Origin: Nitrososphaera sp.
Lineage (GTDB): Archaea; Thermoproteota; EX4484-205; JAAOZO01
Assembly: GCA_039793485.1 (NCBI GenBank)
Contig: JBAMLO010000049.1
Location: 4,157 to 68,156 of the forward strand
DNA: 64,000 nucleotides
Direction of reading: 5' to 3'
Part shown: positions 48,229 to 56,665 of the stretch, piece after piece
Position numbering within the stretch: position 1 is the stretch's first letter
How the letters are laid out: every line of letters begins with the position of its first letter
Position numbers and translations under genes: made by a program
Notes under the pieces: model-generated
Databases searched by the model: none
What the model was told of the DNA's origin: nothing
The model's input: only the letters and a program-made list of their open reading frames with translations

Positions 48229-48737
48229 ATTTATTCTACAAAATTAAAGAGGAGCAAAGAAGGAAGCTTTCTGTGCCAATAGGGCCGCTCGTAAGAGGAA
48301 CACCCGAGGAAGTAGCAGAAAGAATAAAAGGCAGCTACAAAAACAAGGATATCTCTTTTTGTGTAGGTGATTTTGTTACGAACAATTTTTTAGTACACAA
48401 TATTAAGTTTAAAGCAGCCATAGTTGACTTTAAAACCGAGAGAAAAAAACTTCCAGGTGAACTAAAGTACTGCTTTAAGTTGTTTAATCCGCAAGGACAT
48501 ATAAACGCTGAAGCTTGGAATGTTCTGAAAGCCGCTCTTGAAAAAGACAACGGCTGCATCGTTTTTGTTGAGGGAGAAGAAGACCTACTAGCTTTGCCTG
48601 CAATTGAGGTCTCAGAAATTGGAAGCTTAGTGGTGTATGGCCAACCAGGGGAAGGCGTTGTTGTTGTAGAGGTAAACGATTACTATAAAAAATTTGTAAG
48701 AGAAATTATACTATCGTCAGAAGCTGTTGTTTTCTAA
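48225..48737 (+). CDS. DUF359-family protein (archaeal GTP-dependent dephospho-CoA kinase family)
   Basis: Size is about 170 aa. It follows spt4, which is the conserved position of DUF359. The assignment is by linkage and overall pattern. Confidence 0.45.
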   Translation: MNLFYKIKEEQRRKLSVPIGPLVRGTPEEVAERIKGSYKNKDISFCVGDFVTNNFLVHNIKFKAAIVDFKTERKKLPGELKYCFKLFNPQGHINAEAWNVLKAALEKDNGCIVFVEGEEDLLALPAIEVSEIGSLVVYGQPGEGVVVVEVNDYYKKFVREIILSSEAVVF

Positions 48738-48866
48738 CATCTCCTATGAAAAGTCTATTCTTTTTAATTTTAGAGAAGAAAAATAAATCTTTAGCTCTCC
48801 TTTTTTCTATGCTTTTGCTATGTATTACTTTTTAGTTTGTAGGTGCCGTCTATGTTATCTCTATCT

Positions 48867-49001
48867 AAGATTTTTCTTTTTTGCTTAGAAACCAAGATGC
48901 AAAGGCTTTTAGTGCCTTAGCTCTGTGAGAATACTTGTTTTTCTCTTCGATGCTCATCTCAGCGAACGTGAGGTTTGAGCCTAAAGGCTTAAAGACGGGG
49001 T
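48867..49001. repeat. Left direct repeat (135 bp), a duplicated copy of the ham1 3' end (putative attL)
   Basis: 100 % identical to 51670..51804. Confidence 0.9.
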
Positions 49002-49666
49002 TTTCCTGTTTCAGAGATAGCAAGGTCTACTAGAACTTCGTCTTCAGTAACATCAATATCAGAGATTTCAAGCTTATCTACTTCCAGAGACAATTCATAA
49101 CCTAAAATACGCTTTGCCAGCTTCTTCTTGATCAACTTCTTCGATAAAGAGTAAACAAGTTTTACCATCTCATTAAAATTAAAATGGAAGGCCCCCACCC
49201 GCATTCTAATTCCATACTCAGGTTCAAGTTCAGAGAATAGATGCATGTCAGGAAAGACCAAAATTTTCCTTCCATTCATTAAAGCCTTCACTCGTGGATC
49301 TTTTTTAACTTTTTCGATGCACTTTCTTTCAAGAATCTTATACTGTTTTCTTACTTCATTAAGCTCTTTTAAATGTGTTTTGTTATTTTGAAATTCCTCC
49401 TCAGAGAGTTCCAATGTGATTTCATAAACTTTGTTTTTCTCCCTTAGAACTAGATTAAGCAAGCGGTCTACTAAGATTCCAATGCTTTCTCGATCTCTAG
49501 TGTATGCATCGATACCAAAAAGTATATCCTTACTTCTACTCTTCCCAACTAAAGTTATGCGACATTCCTTGGTTGTTACTTTCCAAAACTTCTTAGCGCA
49601 AATTTCGCTATTGGTTTTCGCAGATTTGTAGTCGTCGCCCCACCCCCAAATAGTAATTTTTTTCAT
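48989..49666 (-). CDS. Hypothetical protein (island cargo)
   Basis: 225-aa ORF. Its last 13 nt run into the left direct repeat in a frame different from ham1. No recognisable motif. Confidence 0.4.
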   Translation of the reverse strand: MKKITIWGWGDDYKSAKTNSEICAKKFWKVTTKECRITLVGKSRSKDILFGIDAYTRDRESIGILVDRLLNLVLREKNKVYEITLELSEEEFQNNKTHLKELNEVRKQYKILERKCIEKVKKDPRVKALMNGRKILVFPDMHLFSELEPEYGIRMRVGAFHFNFNEMVKLVYSLSKKLIKKKLAKRILGYELSLEVDKLEISDIDVTEDEVLVDLAISETGKPRL

Positions 49667-50577
49667 TCTTCTTTCCTCTTTTTTATTCTCCCTCTTCTTA
49701 CCTTTCCTTCCTTATATGCTTTTAGAAACCTTTTGAACCTTTCTATATGTGAAGGTTTACAACTTCCTATCTCCTCAATGAATCTCATTTGCTCTTTTGA
49801 GTATATCTCTAAGTAATGTGCATCGTAAGTTCTATCAGTGCGAACCTCAGAAGGATTAAAGCCTAGTCTTACTAATGCTTCTCTGACCTCCTCTAAGCAA
49901 TCTTTGTATTTTGACGATATCCGAAGTTTAATAGCATACTTCCCATGCTTTGCAACGCTCCCATCCCCTGAGAAAAAACCCCTTAAGTACGCTCTCAATC
50001 CTTCTTTATCTAGATGCTCTAAAGGAACATGATACCTATATGGTCCAGTCTTAGCACCTATTTCTTTTAAGTCATAATATGCTTCCTTGTTAGCTATTCC
50101 TGCTATAAGTTCACCTTTACCTTTGTAGATATTTGGCACCTTCCCGTAAACTTTCTCAAACAGTTCATTAAACCTTTTAATAAGTTCAATGTCAGCAGAG
50201 TGAAAGAAAATTCTGTAATGACCTCTTTGAGAAGGTAAACTTCCTTCAGAAGCTATAAGGCCGCATAATTCTGCTTTTTCAGGAATAAAAATTTCTTTTA
50301 TTCCATCTTTCGATACCTCTAGCATTACTCCAAGGCCCAAAGGGAACAAAATTCTATCTTCTTCCATCTTCGCCTTTGAAAATGTAGCTATAACGGTGTC
50401 TCCTCTTACTAATTTGTACTCTTCGCTTTCTGTTATACTTACTTTATACTCACCAAACTCTATTGTTTGTTGGCTTGATTGCTCACAAGATTTCCATCCT
50501 TCTTTATTTTCTGTAGAAACATGCTCCCCTTCGTGAAATCTTAGTTGGTGCTGTCTTATCAGCGAAGCTTCTCCCAT
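49663..50577 (-). CDS. LAGLIDADG-type homing-endonuclease-like protein, two-motif form
   Basis: Two LAGLIDADG-like motifs about 95 aa apart: LCGLIASEGSL and YLRGFFSGDGSV. The basic C-terminal tail is [13 protein letters not shown]. Confidence 0.55.
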   Translation of the reverse strand: MGEASLIRQHQLRFHEGEHVSTENKEGWKSCEQSSQQTIEFGEYKVSITESEEYKLVRGDTVIATFSKAKMEEDRILFPLGLGVMLEVSKDGIKEIFIPEKAELCGLIASEGSLPSQRGHYRIFFHSADIELIKRFNELFEKVYGKVPNIYKGKGELIAGIANKEAYYDLKEIGAKTGPYRYHVPLEHLDKEGLRAYLRGFFSGDGSVAKHGKYAIKLRISSKYKDCLEEVREALVRLGFNPSEVRTDRTYDAHYLEIYSKEQMRFIEEIGSCKPSHIERFKRFLKAYKEGKVRRGRIKKRKEE

Positions 50578-50578
50578 T

Positions 50579-51661
50579 TCATGTATTTCGCTTCCAATCT
50601 AATAAGTTGTGAATAGCTAATATCCTTTTACAGGATTCTAGATCTTTGATCCATAGATCGATTAAATCCTGTGGTGTCATACCTCTACAGGCATCGCAGT
50701 AACATTCCTTAAATCTTATTCTTTCATCTCTCATATCATATAATTTACAATTTCTGAAATAAAGCCCATGTTTAGCTTCAAGAAACCACGAAAAATTGCT
50801 ATAACTTATTCTACTATATTTGAGCTTTCTTCCAACTCCGTAAACAAGCATTTCAAAATTTTTGTTGTTAGTTTTGCCTAACTTCTTTAACATGCTCAAT
50901 ACATATGGAAGAACGTCATTTAACAAACCTTGCTCAAAAAGTTCTCTAGAGGGCATGACAAAGGAAACATAGCCCATCTCTATCTCTTTTTTAAGAGACC
51001 AATATATTTGACGTAAGTTTGCTCCCTTAATTAAACCAATTAATGGAATGTCAAGACAAAGAAACTCGTTTGCAAGTTGTACTAATCGTATTGTTTGCGA
51101 CCAAGATTGATATAATGGTGCATCAGTGTATGTATAGTTGTCCGGTATCATTGTAGCATCTGGTTTTAGGTCTTCAATTAGCTTGAGGTAGTCATCTATT
51201 TTTAGCTTATCAATAAGTTCATCTGGCATAACTGTGGATAGTAATATTTTTCCATTAAATTCAAGGAAGTCATGAAGACTTTTGCTTAAAGCCTTTAGTA
51301 GCAGATCTTTATGGAGAATCAACTGCCAAAGTGGAACAAATATAGCGGATGTCTCTACCTCCTCTTTCCAGAACCACGAGCTCTGGTCTGTTACATCAAC
51401 TTGAGGTATAAAAGTCGAAAAGTTGACTTTTAACATGCTTTTCTTTTTAAGAGGCGGAAGTAAGAGGGGAGGAGGCTTGCTCTTTCCTCCAATTGGACAG
51501 TACTCTCTTAGTTTGCAGAACGACTTGGGATAAGTTATGCCTGTAAAGGAATGTCCCTTAATGCATAGATCTACAAGACAACTTTCAATTACACAACCAG
51601 GACATAGTTTTCTATAGTAGTAGCATTCTTCACAAAGTATTCCACATTTACTTTTTTTCAT
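50579..51661 (-). CDS. tRNA-guanine-transglycosylase-superfamily protein (TGT/DpdA-like) with an N-terminal Cys-rich extension
   Basis: The C-terminal CYCDAC followed 25 residues later by H (AIHNL) equals the TGT zinc signature C-x-C-x2-C-x25-H (E. coli CDCYTC...TIHNL). The N-terminus contains CGILCEECYYY, a CxxxCxxC-aromatic arrangement, plus four more cysteines. Confidence 0.5.
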   Translation of the reverse strand: MKKSKCGILCEECYYYRKLCPGCVIESCLVDLCIKGHSFTGITYPKSFCKLREYCPIGGKSKPPPLLLPPLKKKSMLKVNFSTFIPQVDVTDQSSWFWKEEVETSAIFVPLWQLILHKDLLLKALSKSLHDFLEFNGKILLSTVMPDELIDKLKIDDYLKLIEDLKPDATMIPDNYTYTDAPLYQSWSQTIRLVQLANEFLCLDIPLIGLIKGANLRQIYWSLKKEIEMGYVSFVMPSRELFEQGLLNDVLPYVLSMLKKLGKTNNKNFEMLVYGVGRKLKYSRISYSNFSWFLEAKHGLYFRNCKLYDMRDERIRFKECYCDACRGMTPQDLIDLWIKDLESCKRILAIHNLLDWKRNT

Positions 51662-51667
51662 TTCTGC

Positions 51668-52240
51668 TCAAGATTTTTCTTTTTTGCTTAGAAACCAAGA
51701 TGCAAAGGCTTTTAGTGCCTTAGCTCTGTGAGAATACTTGTTTTTCTCTTCGATGCTCATCTCAGCGAACGTGAGGTTTGAGCCTAAAGGCTTAAAGACG
51801 GGGTCAAATCCGAAGCCGCTTTTTCCTCGGGCTTCAGTTGTTATTACTCCATCTACTCTTCCACTAAAGATCTTTAGTTCACCTCCTGGTTCGCCGTAGG
51901 CTAAAGCTGTCATAAAGTAAGCCGACCTATCTGTTGAGCCAGAGAGCAATTTAAGTATGCCTTCATAACCAATTGTTCTATAAACGTATGACGAGTATAC
52001 ACCTGGAAAGCCATTCAAAGATTTTATAAAAAGACCGGAGTCGTCGATGATGAAGTTTCCCTTAACAATCTTTAAAGCGTCCTCAGCACACTTCCTAACA
52101 ACTTCTTCTAAGCTGTCTGACTGAGGCTCGGTTATGTCAAGGTCAACCTGCTCAAGTTCAATTCCAAAGTCCTTAAGCAATTTTTGTGCTTCAAGGAACT
52201 TTCCACGGTTGCTAGTTATGAAGATAAGTTTAGCCTTCAT
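51668..52240 (-). CDS. ham1: Non-canonical purine NTP pyrophosphatase (Ham1/ITPase/RdgB family)
   Basis: N-terminal FITSNRGK and central FGFDPVF are hallmark Ham1 motifs. Confidence 0.85.
   Translation of the reverse strand: MKAKLIFITSNRGKFLEAQKLLKDFGIELEQVDLDITEPQSDSLEEVVRKCAEDALKIVKGNFIIDDSGLFIKSLNGFPGVYSSYVYRTIGYEGILKLLSGSTDRSAYFMTALAYGEPGGELKIFSGRVDGVITTEARGKSGFGFDPVFKPLGSNLTFAEMSIEEKNKYSHRAKALKAFASWFLSKKEKS
51670..51804. repeat. Right direct repeat (135 bp), the native 3' end of ham1 (putative attR)
   Basis: 100 % identical to 48867..49001. Its reverse complement encodes the ham1 C-terminus ...[42 protein letters not shown]. Confidence 0.9.
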
Positions 52241-52413
52241 TGGACAATGCTTTCATTAGGTGCTATTAAAAGCTTAAAACTCTTAGTAGCAATGAGACAA
52301 CGAACGCTTAAAAGATAGAAGTAGCATGCAAGTTTAAAGACTACTTAAAGTATCGTTTTATTCTTGTCTATGGCTCTTTAAAATTTTCTTAAAATTTAGT
52401 ATTAGAGTTTGTT

Positions 52414-53070
52414 TTATTTGCTTTTTCTCCTTTGCTTATATCTTCCTCTCTTATTTATTTCGTTCAGTCTCCCAATTATCTCTCTCGAAGCTTCTCCGCC
52501 TTGACTAATATAGCCGTTAATTATGGCATTCCACTTCTTATAATAGCTATCTCCAAGCTTTGATTGCAAACTCTTTTGAAGGACATTTAAATCTTCAGCA
52601 AATTTTTCGATATCTGAAACTTTTTCTCCTAAGCCAAAGTCGATGAAATAAGGTTCGTGGTTTACTACTATTATGTTTGATGGAGTAAGGTCTCCATGGT
52701 AAATTTTTGAAGAGTGCATCAAGTAGATATCTCTGCCAACTTTATTAAGCAGTTCTTCGTTTTCTTCTTGAATAACTTCAGCTAAGCTCTTTCCTTCTAC
52801 GAAAGACATTATAAGCCAACCCTTCACTGGGTTAACGTGAAGAACATAAGGAACTTTAATTCCGGCCTTTTTTGCTTCATAAAGTAAGGAAGCTTCTTTT
52901 AATGTCCTTGACTTTATTAGCTCGTCATCAAGTTCCCTTACTCTGTAGCCTTTCTTAATTCTTTTCTTCAAAACAACTCTTATGTTAAGCCAAATTCCAA
53001 GCCATAGCTCTGCTTCAGCTCCTCTGTAAAGTAGCTTCTCGGGTATAAATTCACCAGGGAATTCTGACAT
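52414..53070 (-). CDS. bud32: KEOPS complex kinase Bud32
   Basis: Small RIO-like kinase with HGDLTPSNII and DFG. Immediately downstream of kae1, with an overlap. Confidence 0.8.
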   Translation of the reverse strand: MSEFPGEFIPEKLLYRGAEAELWLGIWLNIRVVLKKRIKKGYRVRELDDELIKSRTLKEASLLYEAKKAGIKVPYVLHVNPVKGWLIMSFVEGKSLAEVIQEENEELLNKVGRDIYLMHSSKIYHGDLTPSNIIVVNHEPYFIDFGLGEKVSDIEKFAEDLNVLQKSLQSKLGDSYYKKWNAIINGYISQGGEASREIIGRLNEINKRGRYKQRRKSK

Positions 53071-54028
53071 CGTCTATTCTAAACCTCACAAGAACCTTTG
53101 ATTCTTCAACACTTATTGTATCTCCAGATAAGTACTGCTTAAGCCCAGTCCATGCTATCATTGCTCCGTTATCTCCATAGTATTCTGTTGGGTAGTCTAA
53201 GAACTTAGCTCCTCTTTCCTCGCACATTGTTCTTGCCATTTCTCTTAGTCTCTCATTTGCTCCCACTCCACCTGCAATTACAAGCTCGTCTTTCTTTAAG
53301 TAAGCCATAGCTCTTTCTGTAGCTTCCAGAAGCATGGCAAAAGAAGTTTCTTGAAGGGAGTATGCTAGGTCTTCAATACTCTCCTTTCCAATAAGTTTTT
53401 CTGCAGCAGTTAAAGTGCCTGAAAAAGAAACATTCATTCCCTTTACAACGTATGGCAACTTTATTAGTTTTTTTCCATTCTTTGCAAGCTTCATTATTTT
53501 TGGTCCACCCGGAAAAGGTAGTCCTGCTGACCTCGCAAAAGCATCGAAGAGGTTTCCTACTGCAATATCTTCTGTCTCTCCAAACACAACATATCTATCT
53601 TTTACTTTAGATATTATTTGTGTGTTACCTCCCGAAACATAGAGGAATACTGGATCTCTTGCTCCACTCTTTAAATATCCAATTTCAAGATGCGCAACAG
53701 CATGATTTACGCCAACAAGTGGCTTTTTGAATTTTAGCGAGATAGCTCTTGCAAGGGTGGCCCCCGCCCTCAAGCATGGACCAAGACCAGGTCCCCTTGA
53801 AAAAGCAACTACAGCAACATCCTCCAATTTTACTTTTGCTTCTTCTTTTGCTTTTCTTAAAACACTTACAGCAACCTCGTAATGGTGTTTAGATGCTTCC
53901 CTTGGATGAATTCCTCCTTCTTTAGGAGTATACACAGACTTTACGTTAGAGAGAACTTCGCCTTTGTCGTTTACAAAAGCAACTCCAAAAGTATGAGCTG
54001 TTGTTTCAATTCCAAGCGAAACTAACAT
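53051..54028 (-). CDS. kae1: tRNA N6-adenosine threonylcarbamoyltransferase Kae1
   Basis: ASKH-fold Kae1/TsaD motifs LGIETTAH and HxxAH. Confidence 0.9.
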   Translation of the reverse strand: MLVSLGIETTAHTFGVAFVNDKGEVLSNVKSVYTPKEGGIHPREASKHHYEVAVSVLRKAKEEAKVKLEDVAVVAFSRGPGLGPCLRAGATLARAISLKFKKPLVGVNHAVAHLEIGYLKSGARDPVFLYVSGGNTQIISKVKDRYVVFGETEDIAVGNLFDAFARSAGLPFPGGPKIMKLAKNGKKLIKLPYVVKGMNVSFSGTLTAAEKLIGKESIEDLAYSLQETSFAMLLEATERAMAYLKKDELVIAGGVGANERLREMARTMCEERGAKFLDYPTEYYGDNGAMIAWTGLKQYLSGDTISVEESKVLVRFRIDDVRIPW

Positions 54029-54121
54029 CTTTCTCTCTTAGCTGTTACTTGTTACTTTTTTAAATTTATAAGACTTAACTACAAGAAGAATGTTAAAAGT
54101 TTGTTAGTTTCTCACTAAACT

Positions 54122-54322
54122 TTAAGTTGCTACAAATTCAGTATAGTGGCAACTACCGCAGTAGTACCTTTTTCTTCCCTCTGAGTGAAACGCTAAGAAA
54201 TTTCCACACCTTGGACACTTCTTCTTAGTTAGCTTTACTTCTTTTTTCTGCAAGTCTACAACGTAGTAGCTCCATGCTCCCGTCTTCTTATCCTTTTTGC
54301 CCTTTTCTTCCTTTTTGCTCAT
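54122..54322 (-). CDS. rps27ae: Ribosomal protein S27ae (eS31)
   Basis: 66 aa with a C4 zinc ribbon (CPRC...CGSC). Follows rps24e. Confidence 0.75.
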   Translation of the reverse strand: MSKKEEKGKKDKKTGAWSYYVVDLQKKEVKLTKKKCPRCGNFLAFHSEGRKRYYCGSCHYTEFVAT

Positions 54323-54690
54323 TTCTTACCCCCTCCCTTTGCTACAGCCTTCTTTTCTGTTCTTGCTTTTTTAAGTTCTTCAAGTTTTGCTTTTCTTTGA
54401 GCTGGTTCAAGGTTTGCGATTATGATGTGCTTGCTCTCAAAAGCTTGAGCTGCCTTTTCGTCCTTATACACGTGCGCAACTCCTATGCTTTTGTTCGTGC
54501 CAAACTTACTCTTAAGCTTAACAACAAAAGTTCCTTCAATTGGAAAACCTCCTACTGCAGCTAGAGTCTTCCTAACTTCCCATATTGGTGGTGTGGGGGC
54601 GCCGTCGTGAGCTACTTCAAACGTTACCTCGTTTCTTCCAATTAATTTTTTTTCAACGTTTTCCAGTATCTTTAGTTCCATTGCTCTCAC
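54319..54690 (-). CDS. rps24e: Ribosomal protein S24e (eS24)
   Basis: eS24 pattern N.LL.R.E..F...H. It forms an operon with S27ae, as in many archaea. Confidence 0.8.
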   Translation of the reverse strand: MRAMELKILENVEKKLIGRNEVTFEVAHDGAPTPPIWEVRKTLAAVGGFPIEGTFVVKLKSKFGTNKSIGVAHVYKDEKAAQAFESKHIIIANLEPAQRKAKLEELKKARTEKKAVAKGGGKK

Positions 54691-54810
54691 TTGCTTAAAC
54701 TATGCATTTTTTAAGCATTTTGTTTTTTGTAGCTGACAATTTAAAACCTCAAATAGCTCCAAATTCGAAAACTTTTATATAATGTGAAAAAAACGAGTTA
54801 ACTATCTAAA

Positions 54811-55257
54811 ATGGCTAGGATGTACAGTCATAAAAAGGGTAAAAGCGGTTCAGTAAAGCCAATAGTTAAAACTAAGCAAGAATGGGTTCAAATGCCCCCT
54901 GAAGAAATTAAAAAGCTAGTTGTAAATTTGTACAAAGAAGGTAACACAAAAAGCTTAATTGGAGCAATACTAAGAGACAACTACGGTATACCTTCAGTTA
55001 AGCTTGCTACCGGGATGTCCATAACTGAAATTTTAAAGGAAGCTGGAGAAGACCCATCTTACGGAGAAGACCTGAAGATTTTAACTTTAAAGGCCGAAAG
55101 GCTAAGGAAACACCTCGAGAGGTATAAGTCCGACAAATTAAACGTTCACAACCTCCAGCTCATTGAATCTAAGATAAGAAGGCTTTCAAAATACTACAAG
55201 AGAATTGGCGTCCTGCCAAAAGATTGGAAGTATGAGCCAAAGTTTGAGTGGAAGTAG
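54811..55257 (+). CDS. rps15: Ribosomal protein S15 (uS15, S13e type)
   Basis: N-terminal MARMYSHKKGKSGS and the conserved C-terminal helical domain. Confidence 0.85.
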   Translation: MARMYSHKKGKSGSVKPIVKTKQEWVQMPPEEIKKLVVNLYKEGNTKSLIGAILRDNYGIPSVKLATGMSITEILKEAGEDPSYGEDLKILTLKAERLRKHLERYKSDKLNVHNLQLIESKIRRLSKYYKRIGVLPKDWKYEPKFEWK

Positions 55258-56665
55258 GGCAAGAGAGTTTATAGCTAATGCAAGAGAGGTTTCTAAACAA
55301 ATTCTTGAGTGGTCTGAAACAAGCGACCTTTCTTTAGTTGCCCATTGGGATGCTGACGGCATTGCGGCAGGTTCTTCACTAGCATCTGCGCTTATGCAGA
55401 GGAGTATCCCTTTTAGGCTTAGGTTTGTTGATTCCATAAGCGAAGAGCTCCTAGAGCAGCTTTCTCATGAAGGTTTGCCCGTAATTTTCTTAGACCTTGG
55501 CTCCGGTTACCTTGAAGAAATCTTTTTACACTTAAAGGAAAAAGTTGCTGTCCTTGACCACCACCAGCCTTCAGGCAACATAGAAGAAATAGTTCACTTG
55601 AACCCAATGAACTTTGGCTTCGACGGCTCAAAAGACCTTTCTGGAGCTGGAGTTTCTTACTTCGTTTCAAAGCATATCGTAAGGGATGCAGACGCCTCTT
55701 GCATCTTAGCAATAGTTGGTGCTCTTGCAGACCTTCAAGACAAGAACGAAAGACGAGAGCTTAGGGGATTAAACTCAATAATAGTTAACGATGCGGAAGA
55801 GCATGGGCTCGTGAAAGTAGAAGACGATTTTGTCTTCTTTGGGAGAGAAACTAGGCCGATTTCAAAGGCGATAGCGAGCACACCTTCTATTCAAATCCCA
55901 GGCTTAACCGGTAACGAAACAGCAGTAATTAACTTGCTGAGGTCGCTTTCAATAAACTTCGAAGAAAATGGAAGAATAAGAACTCTGGCTGAGCTCTCAA
56001 TGGAGGAAAAGCACAAGCTTCTGGCGGGCATCCTCCAAGTTATGATCGACGTTGGCTTAACGCTGCCAGAAGAGTTTCCCCTAATAGGGAAAGTTTACAC
56101 TCTAGTTAGGGAAGACAAATGGTCTCCCACGAGGGATGCAAGGGAATTTTCGTTTTTGCTTAACTCCCTCGGCAGAATGAGCGCATTCGACGTAGCCCTT
56201 AAACTTTCCTTAGGATACAGAGGCGAGGTTCTTGAAAAAGCAATAGAAGTCTCAAAGGAGTACACAAACTCAATACAGTCTGCAATAAGCCAAATCCTTT
56301 CCTTACCGGGGGCAATTCAGGAAACAAAAAACCTTATAGTCATAAGAGGTGAAGGCATAATAAATTCAAACATAGTCAGCCCAATTTCTACAATGATGGC
56401 TGGAGGTCCCCTTTACAAGGAAGACAAGATGTTGGTGGTCGTTTCTAATCAAAGCCAAGAAGAGCTGAGAATATCAGTTAGAATTTCAAGTAAGCTTGTT
56501 GAAAGAGGAGTTAACGCTGGTAAGATTGTTGAAAGCGTAGCAAAGAAACTTGGCGGCACAGGAGGAGGACACAACGTTGCTGCCGGTGCAACAATTTCGA
56601 GAAAAAAGCTCATTAAGTTTTTAGAGGAGGTTGAAGGTTTGTTGGATGAAAAATCCAGAAATTGA
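55232..56665 (+). CDS. RecJ-like DHH phosphoesterase (archaeal RecJ/Cdc45 homolog, GAN-like)
   Basis: DHH motifs HWDADGI and LDHHQ. The C-terminal DHHA1 carries GGGH. The start is uncertain between 55205 and 55232 and overlaps the rps15 end. Confidence 0.7.
   Translation: MSQSLSGSRAREFIANAREVSKQILEWSETSDLSLVAHWDADGIAAGSSLASALMQRSIPFRLRFVDSISEELLEQLSHEGLPVIFLDLGSGYLEEIFLHLKEKVAVLDHHQPSGNIEEIVHLNPMNFGFDGSKDLSGAGVSYFVSKHIVRDADASCILAIVGALADLQDKNERRELRGLNSIIVNDAEEHGLVKVEDDFVFFGRETRPISKAIASTPSIQIPGLTGNETAVINLLRSLSINFEENGRIRTLAELSMEEKHKLLAGILQVMIDVGLTLPEEFPLIGKVYTLVREDKWSPTRDAREFSFLLNSLGRMSAFDVALKLSLGYRGEVLEKAIEVSKEYTNSIQSAISQILSLPGAIQETKNLIVIRGEGIINSNIVSPISTMMAGGPLYKEDKMLVVVSNQSQEELRISVRISSKLVERGVNAGKIVESVAKKLGGTGGGHNVAAGATISRKKLIKFLEEVEGLLDEKSRN

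Larger units (their letters stand above)
48867..51804. mobile_element. Putative integrated element (about 2.9 kb including repeats) inserted at the 3' end of ham1, carrying three co-oriented genes
   Basis: Perfect 135-bp direct repeats flank three tightly overlapping ORFs with no housekeeping role. The right repeat is the native ham1 3' end. Confidence 0.6.

Noticed and set aside
48989-51661. Looked for a tyrosine or serine recombinase among the three island ORFs.
   Set aside because: No R..H..R..Y catalytic constellation and no serine-recombinase N-terminal motif was seen, so no integrase is called. The integration mechanism stays open.
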